NCBI GenBank assembly: GCA_036339465.1
Contig: JAYZAY010000001.1
Coordinates: 22,707 to 86,706, forward strand
Source of the DNA: Myxococcota bacterium
GTDB lineage: Bacteria; Myxococcota; XYA12-FULL-58-9; JABJBS01
DNA length: 64,000 nucleotides
Direction: 5' to 3'
Part shown: positions 41,118 through 49,387 of the stretch, piece by piece
Numbering within the stretch: the first letter of the stretch is position 1
Layout: each line of letters begins with the position of its first letter
Made by a program: the position numbers and the translations under genes
The notes under the pieces: model-generated
Seen by the model: the letters and a program-made list of their open reading frames with translations, nothing else
Databases searched by the model: none
Told to the model about the DNA's origin: nothing

Positions 41118-41987
41118 CTTTATCTCCTACAAACAAACTGAAAACTTCGCTGCTGCTAGCCTGGCCATAAACCTGGAGCGTAATGCGCGCACAGCCTACT
41201 CCCGCTATTAAGACAGTGTCAAGCCGGCGGGTGCCTACTGCACGAAATCGACGAGTTAAAAAAAAAATATATTCAATAATAGATAGAGCTCTGGTACTTT
41301 TATCGGCGATCTAAGTAATGTACATGACAACGGCCTCCCTGAACGCGCCACACGCCTCAGGTGGCACCGTCCAGATTGACCGTACCTCCTTAGAACCCGA
41401 CAATTGGTCAATGGGCGATTAGACAAGGTTGCCCCTAGCCTACAAGGAACAACAAACCTGGGGCAAAGTCGGAATCAGCGAGCCGCACTGCCTCACTCGC
41501 AACAAGAAAAGCGCTGCGCACTCAACTCCGACCTTCTCCCTTTTTTCAAATACCGACTCAAAACAGAGTCCGTCTCAGCGGGTTATTAATCAGCCACGGG
41601 ACGTCTCTCCACAAGCCGGGTCCGTCCTGAGAAGATCGTAAACTCACCTGGTGTAGGGCCCATAGAGGCGCCCCCAGGAACATCGTCCAGGCCCCATATC
41701 AAAAGACACCAGCTACCCCTCCCAAAGCGCTCATTACCATGAATTTTCCCACGCGGCGGCGATACCACCAAGTCCCTTCCCAAAGGGGCACGGGACTTGG
41801 CCGATGATTTCGGTAACATCCATCTCAGGATAACCCAAGCGAGGGAGACTTTGTCTGCGCTTTGTCTCGTCGAACGATACGTAGCCGATTCATAAAGTGG
41901 TCATGAAGTGCGTCGCGTTGTTTGGTAAAAACACGACTATTGCGTTGACTGAATGCAACGTATGACAAGAGTGTCTACGGTGGTAAT

Positions 41988-42011
41988 TTCGAGCGAACAC
42001 GTTCGCTCGAA
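41988..42011. repeat. Perfect 11-bp inverted repeat with a 2-nt centre
   Basis: TTCGAGCGAAC-AC-GTTCGCTCGAA. Confidence 0.8.
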
Positions 42012-42115
42012 TTCAACTCCCACAGTATTTCCCCACGATTAAGCCCCATGAGTCCCCCTTACGGAGTGCTTTTTTAGCAAAAAGAAGAAAATTGAGCGAA
42101 ACCAAAGAGGGGAAA

Positions 42116-43696
42116 TTATCGGACAGTGAGCTTTTCTCGATTGGCGCGTCTCTCTCGATACCAGCGGTCATGAATTGGCCGGTATGGGGAAGATTTCAAT
42201 ACCGCCGCTCGCAACGCTTGCTTACCTATATAGGTGGCGCGAATCCGCCACTCAGCCTCATTTGCGGCATAGGATGCCACTGCATATTGCGGGTTCTCGT
42301 AAGGGGCAAAGCCCACAAACCAGCTTAAATCACGGCCCTTCACTGCAAGGCTACCCGTTTTACCGGCACATTCCCTCACCGCCCACTTCGCCCCGGAATC
42401 CTTTCGGAAAGCCGTCGTCGCTGATCCATTCCGAACTGTTTCGCGCATCATTACTTTCAATTGCCCCGCATTGCTTTTCGTAGTCCAGCGAACCTCTCGG
42501 CCTCTGGGTTCACTGATTCGACTTGGCAAAAAAGACGATCCGTCACGGGCCACCAGAGACGCCAAAAAGGCTGCGTGGACCGCAGAAATGGGGATATGGG
42601 CAAAACCCGTCACAACATTCGCGAATTCAAGTTTTGAGATCCCGGCGCCCATTTCGTAAGCTTTAGCATTCAGTCCAAACTTGTTGTCTTTACGAAAACC
42701 CAAGTTTGCTAGGCCTGCCTGGAATTGGTCCACACTTAGATGCCGAAGAGACCAGCGGGCAAACGGCACATTGTAACTCCGTCCAAAAGCTGTTGCCAGC
42801 GAAGCACAGGTACCACCGGTGTTTCGCTGTACATCGCGTAGGGAAAGTCGTCTGAATCCACCATCGAAACATTCCTTTGTCTTCGTGTTCAAGCCAGCAC
42901 TAAGAAGAAGATCCGCTGTCAGAACCTTGATCAAACTCGCTGCAGGCCAACGGGGGGTTAGAACGCTCGAATCATGCCTACCTTTTCCAAGGATCCGGCC
43001 TGCGGCCGCCGCTATTTTTCCATCGCTCAAACGTAGAACCACAACACCCGCATCCGCAACTTCGTAATCATCCAATAGGGTTTGGAGCTTACCCTCTAAA
43101 CCTTTATCGATACCCAACCCTAAAGTAGCATTCGAACTTCTTTTGCCTGGGCTCTTCTCGGATGACAATAGGGATGCCTTCACCGCCTTCCGGCCTTTCA
43201 ACTCGGCATCCGCAGGCGCAGGTTCTTCATTCAAAGACGCGACTACCCTTGGGGCGTGAAGCTTCGACTTGGTATCTTGCTTGACTGTATTCTGTTTGAC
43301 TGCATCCTGTTTGACTGCATCCTGTTTGACTGCATCCTGTTTGAAGGAATTCGGTTTGGCACTGTTATTGACCGCAGCCTCGTGCACAGACACTGTAGCT
43401 GGACTTTGCAGGTGATTCTGCGAGCGAGTTGCGACACGCCCTTCTTTTTCGACAAGACCTAGCTTAGGAGAGAGATCCACCAGAAGACTCTTACTTGAGT
43501 TATACTCTGAGTTCACAGATCGTTTTTCTCCGTCTCCCATAAACCAAAACGTAAAACCCGAAAGGATTAGCAAACCAAACACCGTTAAACGTCTGCGTTT
43601 ACGCCTTCGACGGGGGTCTTCAAGTTCTCCATAGACCCTTGAAACCATACTCCCTTGCCGCACCCTGGGACGGGTATGAAAATCATAAAAGCGCAC
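42116..43696 (-). CDS. Penicillin-binding transpeptidase-domain protein with an N-terminal TM and a low-complexity linker
   Basis: SxxK (ASLIK), SxN (SYN), KTG (KTGS), SWFVGFAP. Confidence 0.85.
   Translation of the reverse strand: MRFYDFHTRPRVRQGSMVSRVYGELEDPRRRRKRRRLTVFGLLILSGFTFWFMGDGEKRSVNSEYNSSKSLLVDLSPKLGLVEKEGRVATRSQNHLQSPATVSVHEAAVNNSAKPNSFKQDAVKQDAVKQDAVKQNTVKQDTKSKLHAPRVVASLNEEPAPADAELKGRKAVKASLLSSEKSPGKRSSNATLGLGIDKGLEGKLQTLLDDYEVADAGVVVLRLSDGKIAAAAGRILGKGRHDSSVLTPRWPAASLIKVLTADLLLSAGLNTKTKECFDGGFRRLSLRDVQRNTGGTCASLATAFGRSYNVPFARWSLRHLSVDQFQAGLANLGFRKDNKFGLNAKAYEMGAGISKLEFANVVTGFAHIPISAVHAAFLASLVARDGSSFLPSRISEPRGREVRWTTKSNAGQLKVMMRETVRNGSATTAFRKDSGAKWAVRECAGKTGSLAVKGRDLSWFVGFAPYENPQYAVASYAANEAEWRIRATYIGKQALRAAVLKSSPYRPIHDRWYRERRANREKLTVR
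43281..43344. repeat. 15-nt tandem repeat (KQDAV x3 plus a degenerate copy) in the PBP linker
   Basis: TTGACTGCATCCTGT at 43296, 43311 and 43326; TTGACTGTATTCTGT at 43281. Confidence 0.9.
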
Positions 43697-43745
43697 GGCT
43701 AGCTACTCCCAAATCTTACCCGAGTGGTCAAACTATCGGGTAGCT

Positions 43746-44657
43746 TCACCCTAGAATACGTTTACCCAATGCCGACTGAATCAGCCAAACCGCCAATTCC
43801 CCGGTTTTATTTCTTACATCAAGGGTGGGGTTTAATTCCACCAATTCCATACCCAATAACTTTTTCGTTGATGACACGGACTCACAGAGCAGGTGAGATT
43901 CCCGCAAACTCAGCCCCCCCGGCACCGGCGTGCCTACTCCTGGCGCATATTCGGGATCGACCCCATCGAGGTCAAAAGATAGGTGTACGCCGGCCGTGGC
44001 ATCCAACACTCGCTCCAGTGCCTCATTGACACAGGTTGCCATCCCGCGCGAATCGATCTCATGCATCGGGTAGACCCGTACGCCCAGCTCTTTTACGAGC
44101 GGGATTTCGGAAGAATCCACGTCCCGCGCGCCCATGATCACCACCTTCTTGGGATTGAGCAAGCCTTTGTTCCCTACCACCTCCAAAAGCCTGTCGGGTC
44201 CCCGCCCAAAGAGCGTCGCCAAAGGCATACCGTGAATGTTACCCGACGGACTACTCGATGGGGTATTCATGTCCGTATGGGCATCCACCCAGATTACGCC
44301 GATATCCTCGTTTGAGAGCTCATGATGGTAACGCGCCAAGCCCGAAATAGCCCCAATGGCTTGCGAATGGTCGCCCCCTATGACCAGCGGTAAAGCACCA
44401 ACGTGGCAACCGTTGTAAACGCGTTCGTGGAGTTCCTCACAAATATTGGATATCTCTGGAAGAAAACGAGCATTGCTCGCCCCCGGCTCGCGCGCGTTGA
44501 ATGATTCACTTCCACAACTCCGCACGGACTCAAAATCATGGCCCTCCTGAACCAAGCGCTGAATGAGGCCCGCCACTTGAATCGCAGATGGGCCCATATT
44601 CGTTCCACGCATGCCGGCTCCCAAATCGAGATGAACATTTGTTAATGCGATTTTCAT
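43746..44657 (-). CDS. rocF: Arginase
   Basis: GGDHS, DAHTD, SGNIHGMP, SFDLDG.DP, GTPVPGG, VELNP; start MKIAL. Confidence 0.92.
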   Translation of the reverse strand: MKIALTNVHLDLGAGMRGTNMGPSAIQVAGLIQRLVQEGHDFESVRSCGSESFNAREPGASNARFLPEISNICEELHERVYNGCHVGALPLVIGGDHSQAIGAISGLARYHHELSNEDIGVIWVDAHTDMNTPSSSPSGNIHGMPLATLFGRGPDRLLEVVGNKGLLNPKKVVIMGARDVDSSEIPLVKELGVRVYPMHEIDSRGMATCVNEALERVLDATAGVHLSFDLDGVDPEYAPGVGTPVPGGLSLRESHLLCESVSSTKKLLGMELVELNPTLDVRNKTGELAVWLIQSALGKRILG

Positions 44658-45290
44658 AGGTCCCCTTCCACCGTGCCTGGGACACGATTTCATGTTCAGA
44701 ACGTAGGTCCATACAGAATGTAGCTCCAAGTAACAATAAAATCTTAATCGGCTAACAGAACCACAACCTCGCCCCCCATGCGGAACTCGCTAAATAAAAT
44801 CCACTGCAGAGAAAGACCTCGCTGGTTCCAAAAAAAACGAGGCTATTTCAGTACATTAAAAGTCATTCGTTCTAGGAGACAGGACACACTCGGTGGTCGC
44901 TTTAAAACCCGTCCTCAAGCCAATATAGTACGGAGAAACGCGAGAGAGCGTTGCTTTGCTCTCGGTGGTTTTATGTACGAGAAATTCGCATCGCGGCCTC
45001 GAAAATATCACAGGACATCCAGGTTTCAGGGAACTCTACCTACTACTCACCTCTACCGCGGAAGAAATCCCGACCAATCCCGATTTACTACTCGCTATCG
45101 TAGGCATTGCCTTAAACCAGTTGCCGCCCAAATACGCGACGAGCTTCATCGATAAAGTCAACCCAAGGCCCCACCCAATGCCCCACGGTGTCAATGAACT
45201 CGGAACACTCTATAGCAACACTCAACTTCGGTTGTTGGATTGGACTATAACCCTCACCATGGGTAGCACTTCCATCTTTTGCCTACCAAG

Positions 45291-45322
45291 AAAAAAAAGG
45301 GCCCACCAACGGTGAGCCCTTT
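45291..45322 (-). terminator. Rho-independent terminator of the 45346-46905 gene
   Basis: Minus strand reads AAAGGGCTCACCGTTGGTGGGCCCTTTTTTTT. Confidence 0.85.
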
Positions 45323-45345
45323 CGAAAAAAATATTCTTAGCTCAA

Positions 45346-46905
45346 TTAGCCACCAATCTTCCGAATGATAGACATTGCAGTATCGTTGAGCATCTTGGAG
45401 ATGTTACTCATCAACTGAAGTGTCTGCTGCTGCTTCTGCAACACATTCTGAAGGTCAAGGTTTGCCAATTGTGCATCATCACCGGCAGTGCTAAGCATGG
45501 TCTCAAAATCCTTGATGCCTGCCTCCAATTCCGCCTTTGTCGTGTAGACCTTATCTGCACCAACCAGGGCCTGTAAACCACCACCGTCAGCCAAGGCAGC
45601 TCTCTGCTCGGCAGACAGAGCTGCCGTAGATGCATCAGCACTTGTGCTTAATGTATGATCTTCCTTGTAATCCTCCCAACTCTTGTCCTCAACTTCGTAA
45701 AACTGACCATCGGTAGAATTAAATTTCAGAGCACTTACGTCGTCACCCGAACCTACCAACATCAACACGCCGGCACTGGCATCCGTAGAAGCATCCGCAA
45801 CTGCCGCATCCACACTAAGACGCTCGCCCTCCATCATGCTACCTGGCGCTTCGACTGTGGTCCCTTCTCCGGCGGCGTCTCCACCGATCTGCCCCACCTG
45901 AAATGCATCCGAACCGGAACAAACAGTGATACCCTTGGTGTACCATTCCTCGTTATCGTTTTGGACAGTGTCCAAAGTCACCTTGCTGCCGTCGGGTAGA
46001 ATGATTGTAGAATCTTCTCCGAAGTGAAAATCATCCGATTCGCTGCCTCCCAATCTAACGTGGGGGTCACCGTGGGCGTAGAACATTTCTTCACCATCGG
46101 GCCCAGTTATCCTGACTTTATTACCGTCTGGCACATTTGTCTCGATAAGATAGCCGCCTTCTGTCATCACCGCACTTGTATAGGGGTCCGTTGGGGTTGG
46201 TGCTTCCTGTAGTCCACCGCCACTTAGTTGGCTTACGCCACTTGCGGTCTCAGAAGTTCGTGCATTCCCATTGGTATCAACACCGTAAAAGTTCTGGTCT
46301 GGTATGGTCGCGGTTTCAGGGGGATTTAATACGTAATCGTCAGGTTGACCTGCATATTTGGCGAGCTTTTCCCGCATTTCTGTGGTCTGGTCACGGAGTT
46401 CCTTCTTCATATTGTTGAAAAACTTAACCTTGGTCGCGTAAAACTTAAGATCATCGGTAGTCGACAGATAACTTTCGCGAAGAACATACTGAACCAGTGC
46501 ATTCACATCGACAAAGTCATTGGAGGCTGCCTTACCCATGAACTCGCTCCAACGAGACTGAAGTGCTGAATCATTGGTGTTGGCTTGGGGATTGCGAAGC
46601 ATATGGTTGATGTGGTTACTCACGTCAGTGCTGATATTGCCGAGCTCTGTTTTTTGACCACTTGCAAGTTGATTAACGGTGGAATCATTGCCACCTAGAA
46701 TATTATCTGCATCAAATCCGAGAGAGGTAAGCGTAGTTCTCAGTTCCTGTAACTTCGCCGTATCATCATCGATTCCATCGACGACAACCGCTGTGCCATC
46801 TGCCTTTTGGATGGTCGCCTGGTCCGCTTTTAGGTCGCCATCGGTATCGGTAAGGGTCACTGTGTTCCCCGCCACAGTGGTAGGGGTATTAATTGGCATA
46901 GCCAT
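45346..46905 (-). CDS. Putative type III-secreted filament-like protein with an internal DUF1521/MIIA-like (GDPH) domain
   Basis: HGDPHV...FHF...IILPDGSKVTLDT (GDPH at residues 279-282); C-terminal LQNVLQKQQQTLQLMSNISKMLNDTAMSIIRKIGG; GGAG SD; own terminator. Confidence 0.7.
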   Translation of the reverse strand: MAMPINTPTTVAGNTVTLTDTDGDLKADQATIQKADGTAVVVDGIDDDTAKLQELRTTLTSLGFDADNILGGNDSTVNQLASGQKTELGNISTDVSNHINHMLRNPQANTNDSALQSRWSEFMGKAASNDFVDVNALVQYVLRESYLSTTDDLKFYATKVKFFNNMKKELRDQTTEMREKLAKYAGQPDDYVLNPPETATIPDQNFYGVDTNGNARTSETASGVSQLSGGGLQEAPTPTDPYTSAVMTEGGYLIETNVPDGNKVRITGPDGEEMFYAHGDPHVRLGGSESDDFHFGEDSTIILPDGSKVTLDTVQNDNEEWYTKGITVCSGSDAFQVGQIGGDAAGEGTTVEAPGSMMEGERLSVDAAVADASTDASAGVLMLVGSGDDVSALKFNSTDGQFYEVEDKSWEDYKEDHTLSTSADASTAALSAEQRAALADGGGLQALVGADKVYTTKAELEAGIKDFETMLSTAGDDAQLANLDLQNVLQKQQQTLQLMSNISKMLNDTAMSIIRKIGG

Positions 46906-47076
46906 CAGATTTCTCCAATTTTTAAAATGTTAAAACTAAAAGGTCGGCGGCATAACAACCGCCAAACTCGATCCGTAGCCCACGCTCCCACCACACCCCT
47001 CACCTTCCCCAGACGCTCAATGTCATATGTCCGAGTCGCATAGTCTTACTCCTGTGTCACCGAGCCGGGTTAACAT

Positions 47077-47096
47077 ACTGTGCTAAAACTCACAGT
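47077..47096. promoter_or_regulatory. Palindromic CRP/FNR-like site upstream of the 519-aa gene
   Basis: ACTGTG-N8-CACAGT, containing TGTGC-N6-TCACA (9/10 match to TGTGA-N6-TCACA). Confidence 0.4.
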
Positions 47097-47546
47097 CGAG
47101 GGAAATAAAAACGTGCTAAAAAGTGCTTTTCTAGCAACCAACCGGATCCGCCCCAAAAAAGCCCCGCCGGAAACCCGCCAAATACCGCATTGCGTTACTC
47201 TGATGGGACCGTGATTCTCTGGTGTTTCTGGCACAATGTCGGGCTTCTTCTGCCCCTGTGGTCACTCTTGGTAAGAGTCTTATCCCGCTATACCTGCCCA
47301 GCAAGTAGTTTCTCTCTCCTCCACCCGTTGAACTCAATTCTCAACCGTATCTCTTGCTCAAAACAGCCTCGCCACCTAACGATAACCACTTTCTTTTTAG
47401 CACCCAACAAGTAAACAAGATATCCTGCCCCAAAGCCTTCCCCACAAGTGACGACAGAACACGAAGAGCGAACGACCATTTTTGCAACAAGCAATGGCGT
47501 GCCAAACATGAATACTCACGCAAAATCAAAATAAGGATAAGCTGAA

Positions 47547-48284
47547 ATGCTAGCCTCACTAATCATCGCTTTCAGCATCACAAGCCACGGGCTAACGCCA
47601 CAGAGCTATGGACAATGGAAGGACATCCTCACCGACAGCGGCATCACGGTTAGCATCCTTAAACCGGACAACCGGTCGCTCCCGATTGTTAGAGCGACAG
47701 GTATCTTGAAGTGTAACCTCTATCATCTGCTTGCAATTCTAGATGATGTGCCGAAGCACGTTCAGTGGATGACAAGAATCAAGCAAGCACGAACTTTATC
47801 TCAGCAATCGGTTTATGCCCGTGTACTTTATCACCATTTTGATGTCCCCTGGCCGGCCTACGATAGAGACGTGGTCAGCAAGGTGAAAGCATCGATATCC
47901 AACGACGGCAAAAAAGTGAGGGTCACCCTAGAAAGTACTGCCAACCACACCAAACCGAAGCGAAAACGAATCATCCGGGTCCCTCGGTTCTTAACACGGA
48001 TCGATCTCGTGTATCTGTCTTCCATGGAAACCCATGCAACGCTCATCACAGACATTGACCCCGGTGGTGCCATTCCTGACTGGATCGTTACCTGGTTACT
48101 TAAACGCATCCCCAAAAAACTTGTCGAAAGACTAAGAACACAACTCGGGCAAACTCAATCGAACTACACTGATTTCATCAACCGACACAATACTACTCGC
48201 CTCCCAAGAAAAGGAGAACGAACTCAAAAACCCGGTAATAAAAAAAGCCCAACTTCAAACCCTGCCCAAAGTGCTACGCCATAA
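47547..48284 (+). CDS. START-domain lipid-binding protein with a signal peptide
   Basis: HVQWM, VPWPAYDRDVV, IDPGGAIPDWIV. Confidence 0.85.
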   Translation: MLASLIIAFSITSHGLTPQSYGQWKDILTDSGITVSILKPDNRSLPIVRATGILKCNLYHLLAILDDVPKHVQWMTRIKQARTLSQQSVYARVLYHHFDVPWPAYDRDVVSKVKASISNDGKKVRVTLESTANHTKPKRKRIIRVPRFLTRIDLVYLSSMETHATLITDIDPGGAIPDWIVTWLLKRIPKKLVERLRTQLGQTQSNYTDFINRHNTTRLPRKGERTQKPGNKKSPTSNPAQSATP

Positions 48285-48511
48285 AGGTTAACGCCGTGGG
48301 CTAGCAAGCTCACAGTGCATCCCTATCCAGAACAATCTGATCCAGGAAATTATAGAGGGTCCTTGCCTTCAAACACGATTTCGCTCACGAAACCAGAGCA
48401 GACAAAATAAATCCTGCTCCCGCCGATTGACTCGCCATCGACCAATTGCAATCCAGCCAGCATGCGACTGAATACTTTGTTATTCCGATATTCTGCATCA
48501 AGGAGTACGCC

Positions 48512-48576
48512 GGTCATCCTATTTTGAACTACAGTAACTCGTGCACAAGCAACTGTAGTTCAAGCGTAGGACAACC
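48512..48576 (-). other. Long intergenic hairpin (candidate structured RNA)
   Basis: Perfect 12-bp arms TTGAACTACAGT (48524-48535) and ACTGTAGTTCAA (48552-48563), plus an outer 10-bp stem completed by G.U pairs only on the minus strand. Confidence 0.5.
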
Positions 48577-48927
48577 AACAAGAGCGCAACACCAGATTAG
48601 CAAGGATGGTCGCATTCCGTTCTTTGAGCACAATCCTTTGAATGAACACTCTTCACCTTCCCGCATGACAACCTCCGCGAATCACAACAGCCGTGTCGGT
48701 GACAAGCCCAGTCAAAAACAGTCATCTTCGACCTATAATGAAGCTGCATATTGGTCCATTATTCTCGTTTTAGCACATCACCGCACTAACGGCAGTTACC
48801 GATTTATAAAGAGAGGACCAACAAGACCTGTGCTTCGATTTATACCGGAAGTGCTTTTTTGAGCGACGTTCTATGGTGGTTGATTTTGACCATTGCAAAC
48901 TTTTTGCTTAGGCGACTTAGACCTATC

Positions 48928-48950
48928 AAAAAGCCCCCAGTCGCTGGGGG
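48928..48950 (-). terminator. Rho-independent terminator after msrB
   Basis: Minus strand reads CCCCCAGCGACTGGGGGCTTTTT. Confidence 0.8.
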
Positions 48951-48955
48951 AGTGA

Positions 48956-49372
48956 TTACGGTTCAGGTATAAACCCCAAGGCCCCACTGTTGACACAGAA
49001 TCTTAGACCGCTAGGCCTCGGGCCATCTTCAAATACGTGACCCAAATGGGCATCGCATTTACCACAGCGTATTTCGCGACGAACCATACCATGACTCTCA
49101 TCAACAACCGTCCGCAAAGTGCCCTCCCCAATTGTTCCCCAAAAACTTGGCCACCCCGACCCGGAGTCATACTTCGCCGAGGAACCGAAAAGTTTGTCCC
49201 CACAACACACACATGTGTAAACCCCCGACTCATAGTGTTTGTTGTATTCTCCACTAAACGGGGGCTCCGTCCCACATTGCTGGGTTATGGCGTACTGCGC
49301 CTTCGTCAAATGTGCCAAATCCGGCTTTGAAGTATCCGATCCCACCGTCTTACCCTTTCTTTTAATTTTCAC
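48956..49372 (-). CDS. msrB: Peptide-methionine (R)-S-oxide reductase
   Basis: GTEPPFSG, CxxC, KYDSGSGWPSF, HLGHVFEDGP, RFCVNS; start uncertain. Confidence 0.95.
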   Translation of the reverse strand: MKIKRKGKTVGSDTSKPDLAHLTKAQYAITQQCGTEPPFSGEYNKHYESGVYTCVCCGDKLFGSSAKYDSGSGWPSFWGTIGEGTLRTVVDESHGMVRREIRCGKCDAHLGHVFEDGPRPSGLRFCVNSGALGFIPEP

Positions 49373-49387
49373 TTTTAAACAAAAAAC

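Noticed and set aside
41300..41326. GCCGATAA sigma28 -10 element on the minus strand
   Set aside because: No TAAA at the -35 position
41608..41630. Minus-strand GGACGGACCCGGCTTGT resembling the RNase P RNA 3' motif
   Set aside because: No GAGGAAAGTCC 5' motif or P4 partner at a suitable distance
41734..41904. Minus-strand frame MTTL-TGA-IGYVSF... as a possible selenoprotein
   Set aside because: No redox motif, recognisable homology or convincing SECIS
41993..42006. GAAC..GTTC as a Gram-positive-type LexA box
   Set aside because: The spacer is 2 nt, not 4
43281..43344. Short repeats as a CRISPR array
   Set aside because: Head-to-tail in-frame coding repeats with no spacers and no cas genes
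44778..45315. Overlapping 125-aa and 119-aa ORFs
   Set aside because: Atypical composition, no motifs, and one runs into the opposite-strand terminator
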